Made by a program: the position numbers and the translations under genes. The notes below the pieces were generated by a model. That model did no database searches. It was not told the origin of the DNA and saw nothing but the letters and a program-made list of their open reading frames with translations. Below, piece after piece: positions 1 to 13,751 of a stretch of 64,000 nucleotides of DNA. The DNA is from Chara braunii (lineage: Eukaryota > Plantae > Charophyceae): NCBI GenBank assembly GCA_003427395.1, contig BFEA01000011.1, forward strand, positions 1,135,912 to 1,199,911. The letters are read 5' to 3'. Numbering within the stretch: the stretch's first letter is position 1; each line of letters starts with the position of its first letter.

Positions 1-283
1 CCTGAGAACAAAGGTTTGTTTGACTCGCTCCACTCTTGATGATCTTGGTGAATCAACTCCAGATTTAATTCATAGTCACTCTCGCTGAACACTGTGAAAA
101 GAGTCTTGTTTTGGTTCGCGGGGCCTGCGCCCCACAGCATCCCTGAGAGGACGTGTGATAGAATGCTCAAACCTAGACACCCTCCCGGTCGCTGAGGACC
201 TCGGAAGCAGGCGCAGCGGGTGACAGACGTTGTAGCCCTTGGCTTCAGCGAACGGTAGGAGCTCCTCCCCGGGTTTCCTCACA
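1..283 (+). mobile_element. 3' end of a 5' LTR, Ty3/gypsy family 'C'
   Basis: Reverse complement of 27492-27771 with scattered substitutions; ends ...CCTCACA and is followed after 4 nt by a PBS. Confidence 0.85.
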
Positions 284-287
284 ACGT

Positions 288-302
288 TGGCGCCGTTGCC
301 AG
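288..302 (+). promoter_or_regulatory. Primer-binding site (tRNA-Asp type), interrupted by a MITE
   Basis: TGGCGCCGTTGCCAG; removing the MITE at 303-633 and one TSD copy gives TGGCGCCGTTGCCAGGGA, one mismatch from the Athila-type PBS TGGCGCCGTTGCCGGGGA also seen at 55191. Confidence 0.85.
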
Positions 303-633
303 CTGTGTAGACCCCCGTACGAATACAGGCCGTACGTACGACCGTACGTACGGGCTCATGTAGTCGTACGGGCCGTACGTACGAAAAAAAATCAAAAAAA
401 CAAAAATCAAAAAAATCTGGAAAAAAAAAATGTTATGCAGAAAAATAAACTGAAACACTTTTGCCTCAGGGTCATATTCAAGTTCGTTACCAAATTTGAC
501 ATAAAAAAAAAAAAACATTTTTTTTTTTTTTTTTTTTCGTACGGGGCTGTACGTACATCCGTACGGCCGTTCATACGGCCGTACGTACGACCGTACGATA
601 AACCCCCCGTACGTTGTACGGAGTGTTACACAG
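303..633. mobile_element. MITE / foldback element, hAT-like
   Basis: Termini CTGTGT...ACACAG; 8-bp TSD GTTGCCAG (295-302) / GTTGTCAG (634-641); subterminal CGTACG arrays; A-tract/T-tract arms. Confidence 0.85.
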
Positions 634-2393
634 GTTGTCAGGGAGGGGATTGCACCCCCAAGGCTGCGGCCTTGCCCAATCAACGGGGGTGCACGAGTTG
701 ATTAGTTCAAGCATTAATTAGCTCGTTTCTTTTATTAGTTTTATTTTTGATATTTTTTGTACTTCGTTTTTTTTTTAAATATCTTCTTAAACGCGCTTTT
801 TTTCGCGAACCGCACCGGGTCCAAAGTTTGTTTAGTCAAAGAGACGAACATTTTGAGACCTTTTTCGGGAAATTCCAACGGCTAAATTCTTCAGAAATTA
901 AATTTCTTTAATTTTTAATTATTAATTTAAAATTTTCCGTTTTCTTATTTTTATTAATTACGAAAAATAGAAGCGAAATCCGGTAGAAACACCCTGGAGC
1001 AAAGTTGTCCAGAAGATTTTTCCCGACATTTTGAGATTATAGTCGGAAAAAACGGACGCCGTTTGAAGAAACGACGGGGACCAACAGATACGAGAAAGAA
1101 AATAAAATAAAAGGGGAAATTTATTATTTTTTGTAATTTAATTATAATTAAGAGAGAAAGAAAGAAAGAAAAGGTGGTCCGATAGGATTTATCTATAAGC
1201 CTTGTGGAATCCAACAAAAAATTTCCTTACGATAATCGGGGGTTTGCGGTGAGCGTGCGAGCGCGCGCAAGATCCTAAAACCCTAATTAGAGTACCCTAA
1301 TTAGGGGAACCCTAATTACGGTTTTAGGGGGCAAATGCAACTTCTAATATTATAGGGAAACTGATTTTAGAAGGTGCTCACAAAAAGCTTTAAATCTTGT
1401 ACTTTTCCATAATTTTAAATATTTTATTGAAAAAAAATAGGAAAAATTAATTAAAATAGTTTTTTCCATTTTTAATTGTTTAAAATTGTTCTACCAACTC
1501 TTTCTGGCAATGGATTAAGGGACGATTGTGCCAAACCATATCCCCACGGGGGGAGGGGAACTGCTGTCAAAAAAATTTGGATTTTCTATTTTTATCTGAA
1601 TTTTGGCAAATTAATTGATAAAAATTATGAAAAAACCAGCAAAAATTGGGTAACCATTTTTTCATTATTTCTTATATATTTTTCCGACCAGTAGCGTTTG
1701 TTGTGGGCTTCGCCCGAACCCCATCCCAACGGGGGGAGGCGAAATGCTGCCGGAATTTTGAAAACTTGCCAAAATTATTTAGATCACAGATAAATTAAGG
1801 AACTCGGCATACTAGAGTGGAAACCTACCCCTAGTAAGGGTAAAGAAGAAACAAGAATTATTTCAATTTTTTTTCTGATTTTTTCTAATTAAATTTGGAT
1901 AAATTGTAGAAAATTCTAAAAAAGATGGAGATAAAAGGGAAAGACCAACCACGGATTTCAGGGAGTAACTAAATCGAGTTTTCTAAAGGTTGGAAAAGAA
2001 AAGGGAATTTTTTAAAATTTCTATTATATTTTGTGGAATTAATTAAAGAGAAATTAATTAAAATTCTTAAGAGGAGGGTAGTAAACGAGGGAGGCTTGAT
2101 TCTAACCCCCTCATATATTCTCCATTCGAATCCCTAATACTGAGTCGGAGATATCCTAATTTTGGGGTTATCTTTGAATTTTTCTTGAATTTAAGTTCGT
2201 AAAATCCTTAAAAATTAATGAACCACTTCAGGTAAAGAGTGTAAACCTGATATTTCGTAGTTGCTTTAGTCAACTGTAGCCCTTGTGAGACGCTGGCACG
2301 CATGGGAGCGCACTAGGAACAATCCCTTGAATACTACGCGCGCCTTCTATTCGAGGAAAGTTGAATAGAAGGCTCATTAGCTCAATTCGAGCC

Positions 2394-3084
2394 ATGAATT
2401 TTGCGCTGTAGTTATCTGGGCATATATAGGACATACGTAGGCAACGTTTGTTCAGGGATCGCCTCTCGAACCCCATCCCTACGGGAGGAGGTAAAGCGCT
2501 GCCGAATTTTCCCCAGGATTATAGATATTACTTACCCCCACACTCCCTTTCTAGATACTATAGGATTGCTCATAAGTACGGCAGCTAGTCTGATGTTGCG
2601 ATCCGAGGCTATAGAGGTGTACGACGTCGACCTTGCATGGGAGATAGAGCCCCAGAGCTCATAGAGGGAGGCCTGGTGGAGTTCACACTCCCGTCCCGAC
2701 CGACTGCATGGGACGACGGACAGATTAGTTGGAGATCCATCATCGTGTCCCCATGTGCTTGGTTGTGGCTGCATAGGGAGATCCAGAGCAGCCGCGGGAG
2801 AGGCTTAGTGAGAGGTTATCTGTATCTTGATTTAGAGACGGCCAAAGGGGTAGTCCTGAGTCTCGCTATCTCAGGACAGAGCGACATTCTCCGCACGGTG
2901 GAACGACTTTTGCAGGCGGAGGTCGACGCTTTTCCCACAAACGACGGACGGGACCCGCTGACCTTGTTTCACGAACGACCACCTTTTCATATTAGCGGAG
3001 ATCTAGTGATAACGCGAGACGGGTTCTTTCCGCACGCAGGGACCTAGCTGAGGCAGTTGTCCCAGCATTCGTGGAGGATTCCGT
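2394..3084 (+). pseudogene. Accessory ORF P1 of gypsy element C, N-terminal half, unknown function
   Basis: ATG at 2394 is in frame with ORF 2637-3047 through premature stops. RAPELIEGGLVEFTLPSRPTA..ISWRSIIVSP aligns with RPPETVVPDVLKFDLPARSVA..SVWRSIRLGP of ORF 44023-43799. After a frameshift it reads VPAFVED (cf. LPAFVVEE) and is cut by the LTR at 3085. Confidence 0.7.
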
Positions 3085-3661
3085 TGTCGCGCGCGGCGGT
3101 CCCACACCCAGACGCAAAGTAGTTTTTCCTTGTGTCGGACCTCACGGTCGTGTCACGCAGGAGTCTCTTCGTCACTTTTACGAAATACCAACTCCGACAG
3201 TGCGCGTGTGCTATACCTCTCGCGACTCCTTACGACAGGTTAGGGATCCCTCGCAGTACAACATTACCTCCACCTGCGGGAGTTGTCACCATCTCTTAGG
3301 TGGGCGTATCCCTGCTGAGCTACTGACCCACATACGAAGGTTTTTACATGCAATCGCAGAGGTAGGTCAACCAATGACATATTCTCGATCGCCGTAGCAT
3401 AGGCATACGTGTGGTAGAACGCCTTAAGACTGACCCATATGTCGAGCCCCGAGGTGTTAACTCTCCGGACCGACTATCTAATCAGGTCAACTTTTCGGAC
3501 AGTCTTTCACGCTTAGCTAACTATGACAATGACCCTATGTCCCCTTTGTTGACCTTATGAGAATGCCAGAGTCAAACCCTTAGTAATCTCTCATTCTTCT
3601 TAAAAGAAGTCCCAGACAAATGACTTCCCAGGTACCAACTGGCCTACGATCCCATCCACAA

Positions 3662-3715
<54 letters not shown>

Positions 3716-6700
3716 TTGTAAATCAGGGGAGCTGACTGGGCGGTGGACCTCACTTTCACGATTGTCGTGTCCATTTGCCCGAATATCTCAGACGATCCCA
3801 AATTCAGAAGACAGCACAGATGTCCAACACCTGTGCAGATGCAAGAAACAACACATACACGCATACAGATGCAGACACAGAATGCGCTACAAGCGTCAAG
3901 CTTTAATCCATTCATAACATGCCACTCACGTCCCAAACCCTTGAAAACAACATTCCTTCCTAACCCTGACTCCTTTTACCCCAGCTCCACATATTTTTGA
4001 AGACTCCTGAGTGTGATTTGGACAATTTAGGCATAGATACAGGTGGAAGATTTATTTGTTGCCTTCTTAGGTCTTGTCTTAGGTGTGGGTGTCAAGCCAT
4101 GGTGGAAGTTGAGTCGGAGTTCTACTGACCTGTTATCCAGAGATAACAGAATTGTTGTTCTTACAGATTCCCCCGTAAGTTCTCCGAAGTGTCGAGACTT
4201 GTAGACACAACACAGTCCAAGAGAAACTTAACATCTCTCTTCCTAACTGAGATCTACAAAGTTTCCTTCTAGACTCTGTGTTTTCTTGTCGAACTCCTAT
4301 TCTTAACTAATCGTTTGGGCTGTTGCCCTTCCGCTTCAGGTAGTGAATAATAGTTCACCTCATTTTTTACTGTCAAAGTAATTCTCCATATTCCTTTCAC
4401 TATCTCATTTCTATCCTTTTCTGGATTATCCTGTCTAAGTTCCCTTCCTTCTCCCAACACACATGAACACATCATCAATCCAACCTGTGGAAAAGAATCT
4501 CAAGGTAAGAAATCAGACAAATGAATAGCCTCTCTCTGAGGCAAGATCTCACTTATCCCCTCTCAGCAGAATCAGAGATAGTTAGTTAGGACTGAACAAT
4601 GCAGATTGTGGAAAACGTTAGCTGTAGTATGGCAGACCATTCACGATATATCAACTTGTTACTGAAACTTGTTTGACAAAGGCAAATCTTGTGGGTTTTG
4701 GCCCTTGTGAGCAAAAACACACTTAGCGGTAGGCTTATCTTATGGCTAGTCACTGATAGGCAGGTATCCATGAAACCTCACTACTCTTATATTAGACTAG
4801 TCACTGATAAGGCAGGATTTTCCTGTTACTCTTATCACTGGCTAGCCCTCAATAAGGCGGGTGTCCAAGGATCCTTGTTATTNTTATCACTGACTAAGCG
4901 CTAGGATGTTTATTGATAAGGCAGGTGTCCTTGAAACCTCGCTACTCTTATATCAGACTAGTCACTGATAAGACAAGATTCCCCTGCTACTCTTATCACT
5001 GGCTAGCCCTCAATAAGACGGGTGTCCAAGGATCCTTACTNATCTTACCACTGAATGAATGTTAGGTTTGATTAATGATAAGGCAGGTGTCCTTGAAACC
5101 TCACAACTCTTATATCAGACTAGTCGCTGATAAGAAAGGATTCCCCTGCTACTCTTACTAGTGGCTAGCCCTCAATAAGGCGGGTGTCCAAGGATCCTTA
5201 CTACTCTTACCACTGAATGAATGTTAGGTTGATCAATGATAAGGCAAGTGTCATTGAAACCTCACAACTCTTACATCAGACTANNNNNNNNNNNNNNNNN
5301 NNNNNNNNNNNNNNNNNNNNNNNNNNNNNNNNNNNNNNNNNNNNNNNNNNNNNNNNNNNNNNNNNNNNNNNNNNNNNNNNNNNNNNNNNNNNNCATAATT
5401 CCCCTGCTAGTCTTATCACTGGCTAGTCCTCAATAAGACGGGTGTTCAAGGATCCTTACTACTCTTACCACTGAATGAATGTTAGGTTTGATCAATGATA
5501 AGACAAGACCTGTCCTTGAAACCTCACAACTCTTATATTAGACTAGTCGCTGATAAGACAGGATTCCCCTGCTACTCTTATCAGTGGCTAGCCCTCAATA
5601 AGGCAGGTGTCCAAGGATCCTGTTCTTACCACTGACCAAACGTAAAGCTCACCGGAGTTAAGGCAGGCTGTCCCTGCTATTCTTATCTCCACACAAGCCT
5701 TATTGATAGATCAAGTTATCGCTTTCGATGACACTTGTGCCCTGAATCGTTGCTAGTTTGAGAAATTATGTTGGATCATATGCATGGCAAGAAATAACTG
5801 ACACTAATCATCACTGTTGCATTCAATCACAACAAGCTGAGCCAATAAATACCCATCATCGTTAGGTGACGTATAGAGAGAAGAATATGAGTAATCGATC
5901 CCCTTTGCAGCCACATCCCTAAAGAACACCCACACAACAAGATCGTTGTACCGTGTTACTAACATAGTCATAGGTAGCAGCCTAAGGTTACAGATTTAGG
6001 GTTTTAGGGCGTAGGGTTTATGTTGAAGTACACATACCTCGCTGTTCCCTGCCTCAAGAGTTTCGCCTGAACTCCGGCAGAGCTCCCGCAATCGCCCTGT
6101 CATTGGTCATATACAACTCATGCAATCGATTGTTGGGCTCTTAGGGTTAGCTGAGGTAAGGGTTAACTCAACGAGGATCAAACCCTAATCAAAAAGTCGA
6201 GGGGCATGTATCTGAAAGGTCCGCACAAAGACAAGTATGGAGGAGGATGGAGGAGATGGGCACCATCACAAGTGATAGCGTCTCCCTCCTCTCCAATGTC
6301 CTTTAGTCCCCTTTTCTGGCCCTGTATGATGCTTAATGTTAACAATCAGAATAAAGACAGAATAATAATAATGATAATAATAATGATAATAATAATAATA
6401 ATAATGATAAAAATAATAATAATAAAATAACAGTAATAACGATAATAATAAATAATAATAGCAATAATAACCATTATAATAATCATTGCGAGGCATACGA
6501 GCGTGACGATATACAAGAAACCAAGTTGCGAAATCACACAGATGTCCGAATAGAGATGTAAAGGCAGGGCGCAATAGCCGCCATAATTCGTCAAAAAGGG
6601 CACCATAAAGAAGTAATGATCTAATACTCGTGCCCATGGGCCACATTAACACATCATTCTAGGTAAATCCTTTCTGTCGGGCGCCCAGTGCCCCATTGTA

Positions 6701-8542
6701 TCTGTGTAGGTATGTCATTGTGTATGTACGATCGTCACAATGTCTGTATAAGTGTCACGGGGTCGGCCTATATCACCGTATCTGTGTACGTCGTTGATGT
6801 CATGCTACTGTGACTTTGTATCCGTATGTCCGTGCACGTGTAGTTGTGTATTTGTATCATTGTGTACCTGAGTGTCACCGTGTACGTTTCACTGCGTTTG
6901 TGCGTCCATCACAGTGTGACGGTGGAAGGTAAAGTCATAGCCGCTGCAGTACCAAAAGCCGGATCCACAGACTTCTGGGAGGTCCAAAGTAGCCTCTTCG
7001 AACATTGCGCACAGTAGACCAGAGGTAAGTGAGCATGGGGTGAGTCTACCCTTTCCAAGTCCGTCGTACCCAGTCCCAGTTCCTCTTAGCTCAGTCAACA
7101 AGTGCCATGTGGGACTGTGTGCACAAGGGCCTAGTGAAAAAGGGCAGACCAACAACGAATCAAAAGTATAAATCAAGGGAGCAGCATCCGGCCATTCATT
7201 GATTTTGCCACGCGAGCCATCTGGAAGCCTTGCTGTACAAGGTGGTCTGCAGATTCTCGTGGTTGAAGTGGGCTGAAGGAGAGAGCTTAGCCATAGTTGT
7301 AGTAGGCGGCAACGACCGTAGCTGGTAGAGTGTAGTGTGTATGTGCCACAGCATTAGTGTGTCACTTAGTACCTGTGCGTGTGACTGTGTGATCGCCACG
7401 GTACTCCGTCTATGTCACGCGGTATCTGTGTATGCGCACGTGCCACAGTGTGACTGCGTCTGTGTCACAGTGTATCACAGTCTACGTGTGGCTGCGTAAA
7501 GCCTGTGCACCGTGACAGTGCACTGTGTCACAGTTTCTGTGTGACTGTATTTCGCTGGGTCCTTGTGATTGTCACTGTCTGCGAGTTTGTCACAAGGTAT
7601 GTGTGCGTCCCACCTTGCAGAGTCAGCAGTCCCAAACCAGTTAGTCTGGTTCAGTCAAGCAAGTACCGTTTGGTACTGTGTACATCGTGGGCCACGGAAA
7701 CAGAGCAGACCAACGGGTCACAGAAATATAAATCAAGAGGCCGAGCACAACCACTCATTCCTTTCCTGCGGAAACCATGCGGAAGCGCCGTTTCAGCGTC
7801 TTGTGCGAGGAAGTCTGCAGCAGGCCCGAAGTCGAAGTGGCGTGTGACCGCGCTCGTGTCCCATTGTGACTGCATCTACGTTACAGCGTGCGTGACCGTA
7901 TCATTGTGTACACCTATATCGCCCCGTGCAGCTACGTTACTGCATACAGCCGTGTCACCGGGGATCTGGGCGACGGTGGACCTCCATGTATAACTATGCA
8001 CACTGTATGTGACGCTGCATCTGTAGGTCATGGCGCAACCGTGCTCGTCACAACGTGTATCACTGTGTCACAGTGTATGTGTTGTATGTCTCTCTTTGTG
8101 TGTGCGTTACCGTGTCTGTGTGTCACGGTGCATGCTCGTGTGTGTCACAGTTTGTATCTGTCCCACTGTGACTGTGTATGTCACAGTGTCTGGGTCTGTT
8201 CCACTTGTGGGTTGCTGTGTACCACTGTTTGTCTGTGTATTCCCCGTATATGACTGTGCACACCGTGTGTGAATGTGCACAAACGTGTGAGATTGAGCCC
8301 ACTGTATGTGACTGCGCACTGTGTGTACCATAGTCTCATCATGACTGCGCGTACGTCTCACCGCGTGCGTGAGGGGTATCCAAGGTTATCCTGCGTGTGT
8401 AAACAGTCAGCTGCTGAGTCGCCATAGCTAGTGGAAGTGAACTCTTATCCGGAAGCCATATCTCTGCGCATTTGAGTGGGCGCATGTCGCCGGTTTGCTG
8501 TGCTGCTGTTTACATGCATGAAAAGTGTAAATGAAACGAGTC

Positions 8543-8579
<37 letters not shown>

Positions 8580-9012
8580 AATACTAATAATAATAATAAT
8601 AATAAATAAATGCAAGGAACATGAATGTGGATGAAGCACTGAAATCCAAGTTGCAAAATCACACTGAAGTCCAAGTAGTCAAAGCAAGAGCAGATAGCAC
8701 AATGGAACCGAGTAACCATCCATTTAAGAATGATACAGATGAATCGTGAGTCAATGTCCAAGCTCAATAGGGCAATACCAACAGCATAACCCAATGTAGC
8801 TCTCTTTCTTCTGAATGGCGTCAGGCGCCCTATCTAATCTACAGCCTATCACTACAACTGCAGTATAATAGCAACCAGACAACTTGACTATCAGCGAGTG
8901 ATGATGTCAACACCAATGTCAGCCTCCCCTCCACCAGGTACGTCTTTCTCCTCACTCACAACCTCGTTCCACTATTCACAGATGTCACGCAGGCCCGAGA
9001 ACTACCTTGCAT

Positions 9013-9056
<44 letters not shown>

Positions 9057-10690
9057 AATAGTGATAATAATAATAATAATAATAACAATAATAATACCGG
9101 AAAAAATAGCAACAGCGAGATGACACTTCCAGGTTACACCAACATATTCAAAGCAAGATAGTTACACCGTGTCCAGAGAGCAGCCTTGCACTAATAACAC
9201 ACTAGTGGAGGTTCGTAGCACTGAAAACCATTGTCCATGGAGAGCATGTTCTCTCCTCTCATCATAAGAGTTTAGTTCATTTATACTCACACTTGGCGCT
9301 CAGCGCCCAGCCTACTCCTACATAGTTACTACAGGCTACAAAAAGACAATGCAACTGTCGACATCAGCGGCAAATGCAGACCATTACCAATACAAGGTGA
9401 GTGCCCTCACATTATCATCATCATCATCATCATCACACTGTCGATATCCCCCTGGCTTGTCATCCGACTTACAGGTTGAAGGTCCTATTCTAACCTATTA
9501 CTAAACTGCCGAGATGATGACAGTCAGCGCACGAAAGACGATCAATAGCGAAATCCAGACAGACCCACGCTACAGGTGGCTGCAATAATAATGACAATCA
9601 ATAATAATTCAGATATCAAACAACATCCTACACGTGCGACCAGAGAGTCGTGACCTCAAACCAACAGCAGAATTGCTTCACGAGTTTAACTAAATAAGAG
9701 CACGTCAAAAGCTCATAATCGGCAATGTTGAAATAGCCTCATCATTATCATCGACAAAGAACCATTGTTGATATCCTATCCGGAGCTCAATGCCCAAACT
9801 ACAGATGATAGGTCCTATCTAGCCTATCCTACAATGTCACTGATGACGCCAGCCGCTTTCCCGAGGTTCAAGGAGATATCGGCTGGTGCCGTTCGCCTTG
9901 AGCACCAGATACGTTTCTTGTATCACTGTCAAACTCGATTCCCCACTCACACTTAGTAGGAACATAGAAAGACTCAGTATTGAAAATGCTTGGATAGTCT
10001 CATCACCATTATCAAAGAACCAATGTCGACGTCCTACCTGGCGCTTGGTGCCTAGACCACAGGTGGCAGATCCTATCTAGTCTTACACTACGACACCATA
10101 GGTGATGACAACTGCTCTCCCGTAGTATGGCATACAGCGATTGATGTCGTTCTTCTTGAACATCAGGTATGTCTATTGTATCGTTCACAGCCTTGCCCTT
10201 AACACACAGCCGCCACGTGTACCCCATCTCTCTCTCTCTTTCTCTCCCACACACACACACTCACATGCACGAGCGCGCTCGCAAATGCCAAATGCGAGCC
10301 AATCTCCACCAGCAACATGATCCGCCGGCCCCATAGCAAAACGAAACTGACAGGGTAGGAGCACGAAATCAACGACACAACACACAAAGGAACGAACAGT
10401 CCTTCATGACTTGGGACGATCCAGAGAAGAAGATTTGGCCACTGTGCAATGACCACCTGCCGAAATTGAGAATCGGGTCACGGCTAGCCTTTTTGCCTCG
10501 CACAATATCGATGAGCTTTCTAATCTCTCCCTACCCCTACCCCCTTGCACACGGAAACGGCCACAGCTGGGCTTCTTGTCTCGTACGATGCACGTATGAC
10601 CTCTCTCTCTTTTAGTCCATAAAAGCAGAGAGGTCAGGTAGCGAGAGGGTGAGGGAGAGATGATGGACTTAGAGGAGGAAGAAGAAGAAA

Positions 10691-10746
<56 letters not shown>

Positions 10747-11851
10747 TTTGATATTGTAAAGGTGCACACCAGAACAAGATCCGACCTCTCATACCCAGTA
10801 TAAGATAGCGCAGCGGGAGACTTAGATACCAAAGATTCGAACAATCAATATTGCAGTGCAGCCCCCAACATGCATCATCATCGTCCTATGGTGTGAAGGG
10901 CCAGGCACTTACACAGGAAGAACGCGCCTGTCTTGCCATACACATACGAAAAGGAAGGGAATCAGATGAAGATGAGGGGATCACACGAAGAAGAGGGGAT
11001 CAGACGAAGAAAGGGGATAGATGAAGAAGAGGGGATAAATGGGAATGTCGTCAACACCAAGTCTTCGATACAAGTCCAAATAATCCCTCGTCCGATGTCT
11101 CAATCCAAATGTCGAGTCTGAGTCCAAATGTCGTCAAGTCCCAAAGTCACGAATCTCTCCCTGTCTCGTAGTCTGCAGGTACTGAGAAATTAGGTAGCGA
11201 GAGGGTGACGAAGAGATGGTGGAGTTAGAAGAGGGAGAAGAAGAACTCTCTCTCTCCCTTTCTCTCTCTCCCCGATTTCCTTCTCTTTCTCTCTCCGATC
11301 TCCCTCTTCCTCCCTTTCTTTCCCTCTCCGATCTCACTCCTCCTCGTTCTTTTTCCCTCTCCGATCCCTCTCCTCCTCGTTCTCTTTCCCTCTTCGATCT
11401 CTCTCCTCCTCCTTCTCTTTTTTCTTGTCCTTCTTATTCTTCTACCTCTACTTCTCCTACGTTACTCTCCTCTCCTCGCGGCTGTCTCCTAGTCCGCGGT
11501 CACCTCCCTCTTGTTGGCACAATCATCCTTCTTCTCTGTGTGTTTGTCACTTCTTCCTCTGCGCATCAACCGCGCATACTCTTCTTAGCATCGCGCGTTC
11601 CTCCTTCCTCTCGCTGCACTAGTCATCCCACTCGCCCACTCTCTTCTCCTACTCTCTCTCTCCTCGTGCGCACACTCTCCCTCGTCTGCGCACGTCACCA
11701 TCTTCCTCCCGCTGTTTTTCCTGTTTACCCCCATGCGCTATCTCTTATGTCTCCCGCTCTCCATCTTCCTACTTGCGTCCGCTACCATTCTCATTTTTTG
11801 GCACTCCATACCAACGCCCGTAGCTAATGTCAAGTCGCTATAATAATAATA

Positions 11852-11900
<49 letters not shown>

Positions 11901-13358
11901 TAATAATAATAGTAATAATAATAGATAATGAACGTATATTCGCCATTTTCTGGTCCAATACAGTCGACAAAGGGGGGGGTGCATTGTGTTCGGGCTGATC
12001 GCCCGGCCGCTGCGATTGCGACCAGCGGTGAACAGGTAAGGGCCTCTCAATCCCTCTCCCTCTTTCATAAACACACACACACGCACACACACACACATAT
12101 TGGTCCGTGTAGTAGTGTATATTTCCATGTTCTAGCGGTAGATTCACTAATTTTCGTGCATCCTATCGGTGAAAGTATCGTGAGGTCTGTCGCGGGGTGG
12201 AACACTCATACACCCACTTCACACACACATATACATACACATACACTCACGCATACGCATGCACGCACCCACGTATATGCACGCACGTACGTAGTGATGT
12301 ACGTTTCCGTGTTCTATCGGTAGATTCATCCCCTTTGGTTTTAGGAAGTAAATCGCGTGGTAGGAGACCTACCTGTTCTCTCTCTATTGCTCCGTCGTCG
12401 TCGTCGTCCGCCCGTCGTCGCCGTCAGCCTGTCTTCGTCGTCAGTCCGTCGTCGACGTCGTCCGTCGCCAGGTAAGCATCCCCTCGCTTTCTCCTTCCTC
12501 TTTACCTTCTTCGTGATAAGGTTTCACGAACTTTTCAAAGCACCCCCGACGGCAACCGCCGGGATCACCGCAATCCAGACACTTCACTGGACCATTCAAT
12601 CGGTAGGAGCGACGTAGGTATGTACAAAGGGCAGGGGCGTAATCAGCACGAGCTGATTTGTCTCGCGCTTACTAGGCAATCCTCATTCAAGATCGAAAAT
12701 TACAACGATCTTTCCCGTCGCGTTGAATCCCCTTCCCTTCTCCCTCTTCTTCTTCTTCTTCTTCCCTCCTTCTCCTTCTACTTCCTTTTTCTCCTTCTCC
12801 CTTCTTCTTTTTCTTCTTCTTCTTCTTCTTCTCTCCTCGCGCTCTCTCTCTTTCACTCACGAGACCGACCACATTCGCCTTGCGCCTCCCTTCTGCCCGC
12901 GATCGCTTATGCACACTTTTTGTCGATCTATGTTACCCCCCTCTCGCTCGACCTCTGCGTGTGCACTCCCGCGCGCTGCCCTTCTCGCGAGTTTCTTTGC
13001 CTGTGCGCTGCAACACACGAGTGCTCCGCCTGAGTACGCGGATCGGACATTCGGATGCCGTTTTCGAAGTACAACAAAATTTGTGAGAGTGAATCTGTCC
13101 GTTTATCTAGTGCAGATTCACTAAGGTGAGTATGTGGGGTCTTGCTACGGGATCGGAAAACTAAACGAATAATAATAATAATAATAATAATGAAATAATA
13201 GAAATCTAATAAAAAGAAATTAAATCTAACTAATAAATAAACAGATAAAAGAAAATTTTAACTGCTAACTACCCCGTCGTGCCAACTGTCACAACGGGGT
13301 CTAACCTCGGCTAACCTCATTCTCGAGGTCACGGGTGAAAGTCCTGGCTGACTGAGCC
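3085..13358 (-). mobile_element. Distal 10.3 kb of the giant LTR (family 'B', presumed 3' LTR)
   Basis: Colinear inverted copy of 44955-55188 over its whole length, microsatellites included; ends ...GCGCGACA at 3085 and is followed by unrelated flank rather than a PBS. Confidence 0.8.
4750..5690 (-). repeat. ~161-bp tandem repeat made of three hairpin-forming subunits (inside LTR B)
   Basis: Marker CAATAAGRCGGGTGTCCAAGGATCC at ~4850, 5011, 5173, 5431, 5596 (an N gap lies inside the array). Confidence 0.9.
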
Positions 13359-13500
13359 GAATTCAGAACGAATAAGGTGAGGGGCCTAATCTCTAAAAAT
13401 GGTGGGCTATTAGCTCAGCAGGTAGAGCGCGCCCCTGATAATTGCGTCGTTGTGATTAGACTGTAGAGGCCTTCAGATTTTTAATTTCTAAAAATTCATA
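13359..13500 (+). pseudogene. trnI-GAU: Plastid-derived fragment (NUPT): spacer, trnI(GAU) 5' exon (13404-13441) and start of its group II intron
   Basis: GGGCTATTAGCTCAGCAGGTAGAGCGCGCCCCTGATAA|TTGCGTCGTTGTG matches the streptophyte plastid trnI-GAU exon 1/intron junction; no exon 2; right boundary approximate. Confidence 0.9.
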
Positions 13501-13751
13501 TTGCATATTTGTTCTTGTTAGTTAGATTCCTATCTATTATATATATCATTATGTATATATCATAATTATGTGTATGTATGATATNATATTCATTATTNTT
13601 GTGAAATATACGATTTTCTAGTTTTCTATAAGATTAAATAATGTCACACAAATTCAGATTAACATATTTGAAAAATAGTAGAACAACAATAAAAAAGAAG
13701 TGAGTTAAAATAAATTATTTGAGTTATGTATATATATATATATATATATAT

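Noticed and set aside
1270-6190. Telomere-like TTTAGGG/AAACCCTAA motifs at ~1278-1330 and ~5994-6190
   Set aside because: Only a few scattered degenerate copies; not an interstitial telomeric array.
6206-13124. Numerous ORFs rich in I/L/Y/N, CV, ER or S/F (mirrored at 45-52 kb)
   Set aside because: Translations of microsatellites and low-complexity tracts, with length and frame varying between the two LTR copies.
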